From a virus (taxonomy: Duplodnaviria; Caudoviricetes), in IMG/VR virus record IMGVR_UViG_3300030397_000634, positions 1 through 43,158 of that record: a stretch of 43,158 nucleotides of DNA; one strand, written 5' to 3'. The notes below the pieces were generated by a model, which was given only the letters and a program-made list of their open reading frames with translations, was not told the origin of the DNA and searched no databases. This document shows positions 35,704 through 43,158 of this stretch, in pieces. The position numbers were made by a program, and so were the translations under genes. The stretch's first letter is position 1; the number at the start of each line of letters is the position of its first letter.

Positions 35704-38537
35704 TATAATGCTCCTTGAACATAATCGGGTGGAGTACCTACGTCAGGCAATTTATTATCACTTCTTAATTTTTGTAATAACGCAATGAAGTCTGGTGTTT
35801 TTCTATAAGACCGACCGTCACGTTGAATTGCGGCGTTCCGCACTAATAAACTCATTAACGATTTAGCTTCTTGAGGTTCAAAATCGCACCACATGCCAAT
35901 GTCTTGCGGTGTAATTTCCGACGCTTTAAGTGCACATTCTACCAAGTCCTTAGGGAATGGGCTACTCATAATTCGTTTAGTTATGGTTTCAACGTTTTTC
36001 ATCGTGCTATGATCTTCAATCGCACGGCTAAAACGATCGTAACCAAAATACTGAGTTGAATACAATTTGATTAAAAAGCTAGAAACGTACTGGACATGGC
36101 ATTTTCGCACTAACACAATATCTGGATCAGACTCGTCATGTGAAAATGTACGAACAGCTAAGGCTATAGCCAGTCTAGCCACTTTGTACCTGCCACTGCC
36201 CCTATCAAATATAGGTATACGGTCCGTGAACTTATCGCCTAATGTTGACGTTGTTTTTAACAAATGGTCCCAATCTTCAAACTTTATTTGATTAGATGTT
36301 CGTGTCCATCCCCACAAAATCAAACTTCTACAGTCATCTGCGGGGAACCGATGCTCCTCATTATTAGCTTCAGGTCTGATTTGTTGGGCCACGTCGGGGG
36401 GCACTTCTTGTCTGGATGGTACTTGGAAAATATCAAACCTGCGAATATCTTCCAGATTGGGTATTAATTCATGAATCACTTCTGTGCCGTAAGCATAAGC
36501 ATTGACATCGTTACCAGATTTAGAATTAGAAAGTGCGAGTAGTCGGACTCGGCATTGAGCTTGTTTGCTTGCAATTTTGGTTACGTCCGCCTTGCCGCTG
36601 CTCCTAGCTTCAGTTAATTTGGCTATTACTTCTGGGCGGGCACCCTTCAACTCTTCAAAACACAACATGCGTCGATCATTGGCAGGCATTACACCCCAAG
36701 TCACAAAATGCCGGTTGTTTATTTGCGTGACTCCTCCCAACAATCCAGCCGCCGATGCCAATTTGCAGTCCACTTTGCGACTTAAACCATAAAATTTCTC
36801 AAGACTTTCATACGCAACGGACTTGCCGACCCCTGAATCCCCTACAACTAAAGCCTCAACCCACCCTTTGACAGTTTGCCCTTCAGCTTTAAAATGTAAG
36901 ACGCTGTGCCACACCAAATCGTACAGGATATGCATGTCTCGCCTTTGCATAATCCGTGTAACTTTCTGTTCTATCTCTTCATACAACACTTGAAATTTTC
37001 GCTCAATCGCAGGCATCGTCCAATCTTCGGGTTGAAATTTAACCAGTTTATTGGGCTGGGTTTCGTATGAAGATAGTGTGTCTTCAACAGTATCTTTGGT
37101 GGATAAAAGAGCAGTCGCCCTCTGTGTCATTGGATGTGGTAAAACAACCCCTTCGACTTCATACGTTTCACTAATTTCTAATGGACAATCAACACTAACG
37201 GACGGTATGGTTATGTCAGTTTCCAAACTGTTGTTATCTACATCTTGAGATAGCAAGCAGTGCTGTACATGAAAATATTCATCAATTTTAAACTTTACAG
37301 CTTTGCAAGGGGGCATCCCCAATGCCTGTTTAATAAGTTCTGGTTGGCGTGTATAAGGTGTGTTCATCATAGCCAAAAGCGTCGGGTCCTCAGAATCAAT
37401 GGCAATTTCTGGGTCAATTGGCTTCGACATGATTGGGCATACGTGGCAAAAGTCTTGCTTGCGATCGCATTGGACTTTGATTGACTTTGGCAAATAATAT
37501 GCTTCATCTTCCACCCCAGACACTAGACTTTTAAATTTTACACGTTGATTGGCATGAGAAGCACTCCCTGCTTGTTGTATAGAAACACTATTAGCCTTAC
37601 TTTTTACGCCACTAACTTGCAATGATTTTGGTGGTTCCCACAATTGAGCGTTTTTCAATAGTGGCCACAACTTTTGTTTTTCCAGCCCAACAAAATCCGA
37701 CAAGTCACCTTTAGGGTACTTGTCCTTGTCAAGTGGCAAGTCTACAACATAAATGTTCGGGTTTCTATGCCACAGTAAATTTGCCAATTTCTGTGCCGAA
37801 ACCATACCAGTATGGTCAACGTCCAGGCATATGTAAATTTTGCTTTTGCTTTCAATTAGATCGAAAAGAGCGGGGGGCCAATTTTCCGCTTTTTCCCCGC
37901 CGGTGGAAGATACAGCACCGATACCATGCTGATTAAGTTCGGATGCAGCAGCCACAGCCTTTAGCATGCCGCCACATAAAATAACAGAATCATATTCTAG
38001 CTGATCTAAAGGGTACAAACGTAAAGGCTTGCCCCGGCCCGGTTTATTGTTAAATTTTTTCTGGCTCGCTCCTGGTGCGTAGCCTATAATGTTAACGCAT
38101 GTACCAAATTCATTGAAAATGGGTATGGTTATTCTGCCCCGTTCTTCGCCTAAACGGTACTTACGAATTTCCCCCTCGAAAATGCCTCGTTTGGCAAGTT
38201 GCTCTAATAAAGGCAATGCTGAAAATATTCGACCATGACATTTCTCGACTACAGATAATTCGATAGGCTTATCAGATGCCTTCTGCGAGTATCGAGTTTG
38301 AAGGTCTAATACAACAGCGGCTTTGTCTGTTTTTAAAACACGAGCTATATACTTAGCTACATCTCCCGAAGCCCCGCAAGCTTGGCATTTAAAAAATTGG
38401 TCCTTAACATTTATCCCACAGGATGGATTAGTATCATCATGAAAGGGGCATAGCGTTTTGATCCATTCAGCATTGTCCGTATAGTCAAACTCAACATTTA
38501 TACGGCTCAATTCTCCCAATACATCTATTGAGATCAT
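35703..38537 (-). CDS. DnaG-type primase (CHC2 finger + Toprim) fused to an MCM-like AAA+ helicase
   Basis: CPFHDD..PS...CQAC; 'LDVD..G' and 'KGDLSD'; Walker A GDSGVGKS, SAAGL, Walker B CFEE and 'IRRFD'. Confidence 0.85.
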   Translation of the reverse strand: MISIDVLGELSRINVEFDYTDNAEWIKTLCPFHDDTNPSCGINVKDQFFKCQACGASGDVAKYIARVLKTDKAAVVLDLQTRYSQKASDKPIELSVVEKCHGRIFSALPLLEQLAKRGIFEGEIRKYRLGEERGRITIPIFNEFGTCVNIIGYAPGASQKKFNNKPGRGKPLRLYPLDQLEYDSVILCGGMLKAVAAASELNQHGIGAVSSTGGEKAENWPPALFDLIESKSKIYICLDVDHTGMVSAQKLANLLWHRNPNIYVVDLPLDKDKYPKGDLSDFVGLEKQKLWPLLKNAQLWEPPKSLQVSGVKSKANSVSIQQAGSASHANQRVKFKSLVSGVEDEAYYLPKSIKVQCDRKQDFCHVCPIMSKPIDPEIAIDSEDPTLLAMMNTPYTRQPELIKQALGMPPCKAVKFKIDEYFHVQHCLLSQDVDNNSLETDITIPSVSVDCPLEISETYEVEGVVLPHPMTQRATALLSTKDTVEDTLSSYETQPNKLVKFQPEDWTMPAIERKFQVLYEEIEQKVTRIMQRRDMHILYDLVWHSVLHFKAEGQTVKGWVEALVVGDSGVGKSVAYESLEKFYGLSRKVDCKLASAAGLLGGVTQINNRHFVTWGVMPANDRRMLCFEELKGARPEVIAKLTEARSSGKADVTKIASKQAQCRVRLLALSNSKSGNDVNAYAYGTEVIHELIPNLEDIRRFDIFQVPSRQEVPPDVAQQIRPEANNEEHRFPADDCRSLILWGWTRTSNQIKFEDWDHLLKTTSTLGDKFTDRIPIFDRGSGRYKVARLAIALAVRTFSHDESDPDIVLVRKCHVQYVSSFLIKLYSTQYFGYDRFSRAIEDHSTMKNVETITKRIMSSPFPKDLVECALKASEITPQDIGMWCDFEPQEAKSLMSLLVRNAAIQRDGRSYRKTPDFIALLQKLRSDNKLPDVGTPPDYVQGAL

Positions 38538-38554
38538 CGTTTTCCATTCTAATG

Positions 38555-38595
38555 AAAAGCATTAGGCCCTCCAGCCACCCAAAGGGCCTAATGCT
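38555..38595 (-). terminator. Intrinsic terminator
   Basis: 13-bp stem AGCATTAGGCCCT/AGGGCCTAATGCT followed by a short T tract. Confidence 0.75.
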
Positions 38596-38622
38596 AAGTT
38601 ATTGAGTACAAGACCACTTTAA

Positions 38623-39474
38623 TTACAGAGAATCGTCTAAATCCTCTGGGTCTTGGTATGTCGTGCCATCGGTGCTGCTTGGCGTGGCACCGTTGGCATC
38701 GCTGTTCATCCCAGCTTCATAATCCACTTCAATGTCGCCACGAGCGAATGTTTCTTTAAGGTCAAGGTGAAGTTTTTTGTACACTTCATACTCTTCCTTA
38801 GGGACCCACGGATCAATGGCGTTTACTACATCGAACCCTTCCCATTCACCCTTTTTGTTTCGATGAGTGCTAGTAACAAATTGGTACACACCGGCATAAA
38901 TAGGGGCAGACCGGCCCATGATCAGGTTACTAAAAGCTCGCCCTATTTTGTTCTCAGCCGAAGAAAAATTGATTAATACTGGGAAAGGACTAATTGTTTC
39001 CCCGGTACGTAACATGACTAAGTAGTTTAAATGCTCGTGATATGACAATTCTTCAGCCCCATTTTCTGGGCATTTCTCTTTCTTACGATCTCTTGCCATC
39101 TTAGCGATCAGATGATTAGGGTCAAATGTCCGGTCGCGAATAAAATCCAACTGCCCACGCATATTCCACGGGTTGTGTATGCAAAACTCACGAAAAAATA
39201 AAATGGGCGTAAATTGGACCGGTGCCGATCGAGCATCCGCCCCCCAACCAGCGGATTTGTAAACCAATTCACGTTCAGGCATTCGGATTACGTCACCAGT
39301 TTTGAACATTTCCTTTAGTGAAGCGTCTTGTGTTTGCCCCTGCATGACGTATAGTCTAGAGGGTGACATCACTTTTTGAACTTCTTCCGTTCCTTTCGGG
39401 GCATCACTGTCTTGCTGAATGTAGTCAGGCACATCTGTTTGAACAGCCACAATGGCATTGGTATCTTCATTCAT
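38623..39474 (-). CDS. SSB-like or annealing-type replication protein
   Basis: Acidic C-terminal tail, 'N..G.W' motif, strong TAAGGAG RBS, replication context. Confidence 0.55.
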   Translation of the reverse strand: MNEDTNAIVAVQTDVPDYIQQDSDAPKGTEEVQKVMSPSRLYVMQGQTQDASLKEMFKTGDVIRMPERELVYKSAGWGADARSAPVQFTPILFFREFCIHNPWNMRGQLDFIRDRTFDPNHLIAKMARDRKKEKCPENGAEELSYHEHLNYLVMLRTGETISPFPVLINFSSAENKIGRAFSNLIMGRSAPIYAGVYQFVTSTHRNKKGEWEGFDVVNAIDPWVPKEEYEVYKKLHLDLKETFARGDIEVDYEAGMNSDANGATPSSTDGTTYQDPEDLDDSL

Positions 39475-39516
39475 TTCATTCTCTCCTTAACTAAATACGT
39501 GTACACATTACCCTGT

Positions 39517-40068
39517 TTATACATCGTTAAGAGGCTTACCGGGTAACGAAGTAGCCATAACAGTGGTTTCGCTGTATTGTTGATACTTTTGCAACACAGG
39601 GCCAATATTTTCGCCCTGTGACACCTTCTTACTTATTATGTCGCGTATCGTGGGAAAATGCAACCTTGTCATTTCATGGTATGGAACCCCAAGAGCATCA
39701 CACAATTCTTGGTACGCAATGGGGTCTTTTGAATGGGAAGGGACCCGCACAGCAAACACGGACTTGATAGTAGCCCGTGCAAATCGCCCTTTTGGGACTT
39801 CCGGTGTTCCTTCCGCCACAGCGGTCAAAGCAGTCGAATTTGCAATGGCTTTATTCATTCTGTCTGTAGCCTTACGCAAATCGTCAAATAATTCGGATGT
39901 TTCACGAAGTAAAATAGTGCTATCCGCCACTCCCTCTAAGGATTGTAAACCCCCACAATCATCAGTCAAATTCTTAAATTCGACCAAAACCCTAGCGTGT
40001 AAATCCCGCACTTCTTTATACAATGACAATAAGTGTTCCGTGGTATGATTTGATTCGAGCGATTTCAT
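39517..40068 (-). CDS. Hypothetical protein of the replication module
   Basis: 183 aa, helical N-terminal half, ATGA coupling. Confidence 0.65.
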   Translation of the reverse strand: MKSLESNHTTEHLLSLYKEVRDLHARVLVEFKNLTDDCGGLQSLEGVADSTILLRETSELFDDLRKATDRMNKAIANSTALTAVAEGTPEVPKGRFARATIKSVFAVRVPSHSKDPIAYQELCDALGVPYHEMTRLHFPTIRDIISKKVSQGENIGPVLQKYQQYSETTVMATSLPGKPLNDV

Positions 40069-42125
40069 AACTTTCCCCCATTAGAGTGTTCGGCTTCTGC
40101 TAGCCGGGTCAGCATGGATTGGACATCCATCAATGTCATTGACACTGCTGCTTTTTCTTGTTGGCGTTCCACTTTGTCTGCATCTATCGTCCCTGGTATA
40201 ACCATATCAATGATGTAACAAGGCACTCTGGTTCCATATCTATGATTTCTATCGTTTGCTTGGGGTTTAATACGACCAGACCAATGCTGTGAATAATGAA
40301 ACATGTGGTCGCAATTAGTGTGTTCGTCCGCTTGGCCCTGTAAATTCATACCAGTGCCACCTGCCTCCGAATTGCCCACCCAAACCCGACATGCCGGATC
40401 GTCATTAAATCTATCTTCTGCTATCCGTCTTTGTGCTGGGGATGTATCTCCATAAAACTTAACGTGATCTATGCCCTCAATGCTCAATCTTGCACTTATG
40501 GTTAAAATGTCCTGTGTAAAGCATGTCCATACAATCGCTTTACTAGTACTAGGCAATTCTTTTAGCATAGAAATAAGTTTTTCTAACTTTGGATTAGGGT
40601 CAAATCTATGCAATTCTGATGGTTGAATAAGTTCGCCATCATCATCGTACAAAGTATCAGTCTTATAAAACCCCGACGTTATCTCTGACAACTTAAGCAT
40701 TCGCTTTAAAACGTTCTGCAGAACGATGTTGGCCATGCGTTTATCGTCACTTTCTTCGACCTCTGCAATTGCACTCTCTGTTTCGATTACTAATTCATTA
40801 AGAACTTTTGAATACATCGATTTTTGCTCAGATGACATGTCCATTGTCACGATGCTCTCTAATTGAGGAGGCAAATCGGGCAATGCTCGCTCCTTTGTAA
40901 TGTAAAACCCATACATTGCCATTCGCTCTTGGTACAACTCGCAATCTTTTATGCCTGCGAATTTAAATTGAGGCTGGGGCGTATCCACATTCTCAAGCTT
41001 AACCATTACTTGGCAAGCGTCGCGGAATGCTTTTTTGGAATAAAATCCTGAATAACCAGACCCCAAAAATTCTAATTGATTGTAAATTTCTTCAGGCCGG
41101 TTTGGGGTAGCGGTCCCCGTAAGAGCCAACCTAGCTTGTGAAGTGTCGCGTAGCCGTAATGCTGCTTGCGACCGGTCAGTATTGGGATTCATGATGAAAT
41201 GGGATTCATCGATAATTGTAAGGCCCCAGGGAATATTGCTCAAAATGCCTATATCTTGATACATTAGTCCGTACGGAACAATCAAAGCCACCCAATCGTA
41301 CCCCATTTTTGGTTCATCAACTGTTGAGGGTTGAGTGAAAAAGTTTATAAGCCTATTAGTCCGTCTGCGGCCCGTACCTTTATGTTCGAGGATATCGCCT
41401 GGAGTAGTTGTAAACTTTGCTAACTCACGGGTCCAGTTCAAAACAACAGCTTTAGGGCACACAATAAGGATTTTAAATGGTCCTGTTGGCCCTGTTGCTC
41501 TTTGATTGAGCATTGACTGTCGCCACATTGTTGCCCGGTGCTGGGCAGCTAAAATGGCAGAGTACGTTTTGCCAGTGCCTTGTTTCATAAACAAACCGTA
41601 ACCAGGGACCTTACAACTAATACTAGCAGCAACTCGTTGGTATGCTGTTGGTGGATCGTGAATCGATCCGACCAATGAATCAGCCAATTCGGACGTCGTC
41701 CCGTCGTACTCATACTCTGCCCGCTCTTTTGCTGCTTGCAAGTGCAATGCCCACTCAGTCAAACGGTCTTGATAATGTAAATGGGCTATTTTATCAGCGA
41801 ATTTTAATGTTCCAGGCGGGCAAACCGAACTTAGAATTAATGCTGAATAAGCAGACACGGGGGCTGTCAATTGGCCCTTTTTATTAATGCGACTGCCGGG
41901 CAACCGTTTTTGAATCCGGGCCAATACGTCAGATATATTCCCGAAATACTGCGTGCCCTGTCGTTCGTGGAATTGAACAACATTAAACTCATGTCCATTG
42001 CGCAACACACGAATCCCTAGATTGACATCCCTAGGGAAATTGGGAATTAATTGAGTGTGCTTCTCAGTGATCGAGCTCAATCCACGCAAATGACACAAAC
42101 TTGGCTCAGTTATGAAGTCTGACAT
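40065..42125 (-). CDS. SNF2-family SF2 helicase/translocase
   Basis: QGTGKT, IVCP, IIDESH, LTGT, 'GGTGMNL' and 'QANDRNHRYG'. Confidence 0.92.
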   Translation of the reverse strand: MSDFITEPSLCHLRGLSSITEKHTQLIPNFPRDVNLGIRVLRNGHEFNVVQFHERQGTQYFGNISDVLARIQKRLPGSRINKKGQLTAPVSAYSALILSSVCPPGTLKFADKIAHLHYQDRLTEWALHLQAAKERAEYEYDGTTSELADSLVGSIHDPPTAYQRVAASISCKVPGYGLFMKQGTGKTYSAILAAQHRATMWRQSMLNQRATGPTGPFKILIVCPKAVVLNWTRELAKFTTTPGDILEHKGTGRRRTNRLINFFTQPSTVDEPKMGYDWVALIVPYGLMYQDIGILSNIPWGLTIIDESHFIMNPNTDRSQAALRLRDTSQARLALTGTATPNRPEEIYNQLEFLGSGYSGFYSKKAFRDACQVMVKLENVDTPQPQFKFAGIKDCELYQERMAMYGFYITKERALPDLPPQLESIVTMDMSSEQKSMYSKVLNELVIETESAIAEVEESDDKRMANIVLQNVLKRMLKLSEITSGFYKTDTLYDDDGELIQPSELHRFDPNPKLEKLISMLKELPSTSKAIVWTCFTQDILTISARLSIEGIDHVKFYGDTSPAQRRIAEDRFNDDPACRVWVGNSEAGGTGMNLQGQADEHTNCDHMFHYSQHWSGRIKPQANDRNHRYGTRVPCYIIDMVIPGTIDADKVERQQEKAAVSMTLMDVQSMLTRLAEAEHSNGGKL

Positions 42126-42202
42126 ATATCCTTAGTCCTTGTCATTCGCCCCCTCGCTAGAGGGGGCAATTCGCTCTCCACAGAGCGTCCAATTATGTAA
42201 CT

Positions 42203-42231
42203 ATTAGAATATACGAAAACGGCCGCGTCAA
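42203..42231 (-). promoter_or_regulatory. Candidate promoter for the replication operon
   Basis: TTGACG-N17-TCTAAT; the AGGGTTGAC context resembles the twin early promoters. Confidence 0.4.
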
Positions 42232-42246
42232 CCCTTGAACGCGGCC
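42216..42246 (-). terminator. Probable late-operon terminator
   Basis: GGCCGCG-T-TCAA-GGG-TTGA-CGCGGCC followed by GTTTT. Confidence 0.6.
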
Positions 42247-42268
42247 AATGTACAAACGTACATTTATA

Positions 42269-43098
42269 CTAATCCGCCAAGTGTGCAGGCCGAAAATAAT
42301 TATCAGCATGGAAATCACTCAATGACGAATCATGATGTATTTCCATGAAATGAACCCCTAAATCCACATCATATAGTCTTATTAAATTGTTTAATCCATC
42401 CGATCCATATCGTACACAGAAAAATTTATCGTACGGGTGCATATCCTCAGGGAAAGTGTGAACGTCGAAATCCTCTGAGCTTCGGTATATAAGGTTGCCA
42501 GAATCATCAAAGATTCCTGTTCTAAACCCTGATGGTGGTCCGGGATTGTAATCCATCGCATAAGCCGTATCAACGCCGTCTGTTAAAATTTGGTCTGGGA
42601 CTTTACCAGGAAATTGTATGGGCATCCAACTCGGCATTACGTCGGTGCCGCTTGAGTCATACATCTCACTATCAGTGTCCATCAACAAAGCAAATTCGCC
42701 ATTAGCATAAGGAGTTAATCTGGCAACCGCATGGGCTGTACTTGACGGTTCAAAAACAAAATTGGCTGATTGATCGTAAATTCTCCATGCTTTCCGTGTA
42801 GTGCCAGAATACGAATCTTGCCAATCCCCGTGAACTCCGAATCGATCTCTTGAAACTTTTAAAGACCAGGATGCAGGCCACGGCCCAGCAAAATGCTCTT
42901 GGCCATCATTTGGGCCATTATAGTACCTGTATTTTTTAGCGAACTTTTGAAAAGTTAATGTGCCGCCTTTTAAAAATCCAATAATAAGTTCATTCCCTCG
43001 GACATGTTCTTCATTAAGCCCACCCGATATAAAACTGTAACCGACATTGTATATAGTCATCATGCCACCAGCAATGCCAAGCCAGTTCACATCTGGGA
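42269..43098 (-). CDS. 3' part of the junction-spanning tail protein
   Basis: In-frame continuation of 24..462 through the 40-bp overlap. Confidence 0.75.
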
Positions 43099-43138
43099 TG
43101 CTTACTGATTGCCAAGTCCCGGCTTGAATGTCGACCAA
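43099..43138. repeat. 40-bp direct terminal overlap (copy 2)
   Basis: Identical to 24..63. Confidence 0.95.
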
Positions 43139-43141
43139 TGG

Positions 43142-43158
43142 GATCGTGACTGGGAAAC
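43142..43158 (-). other. Amplification primer tag, library artefact
   Basis: Reverse complement of GTTTCCCAGTCACGATC. Confidence 0.92.

Noticed and set aside
34-41887. All plus-strand ORFs in the track
   Set aside because: Nearly all are antisense shadows of minus-strand genes, with S/T-rich composition and no motifs. The few in intergenic DNA (25340..25550, 25761..25988) overlap repeat structures and lack an RBS.

Overview
The window is an apparently complete circular (about 43,075 bp after trimming) tailed dsDNA phage genome with every credible gene on the minus strand. The 17-nt terminal inverted repeats are the random-amplification primer GTTTCCCAGTCACGATC, and a 40-bp direct overlap closes the circle through the last tail gene. 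Reading in transcription direction, the genome starts with replication genes (SNF2 helicase, SSB-like protein, DnaG primase fused to an MCM-like helicase, family A polymerase) and small early genes behind twin sigma70 promoters. Next is a 2-aminoadenine (Z-DNA) cluster: purZ, an HD hydrolase, MazG-like hydrolases and a DpoZ-like polymerase, with a phage csrA inside it. Then come a non-coding inverted-repeat region, a Zn-finger/sigma-like factor, terminase and a Mu-like portal, a cassette of secreted or envelope proteins with no canonical endolysin, head genes and a siphovirus-type tail. No integrase, repressor or transposase was seen. The most unusual observations are (1) a 194-nt tRNA-Leu-like cloverleaf with a 112-nt structured insert in place of the anticodon loop, just downstream of purZ and preceded by a possible second tRNA-like fold, (2) a Z-genome toolkit in a phage whose accessory genes suggest a Planctomycetota host, and (3) a circularly permuted Mu-type prohead protease. 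All family calls come from motif recognition by eye, not database searches.
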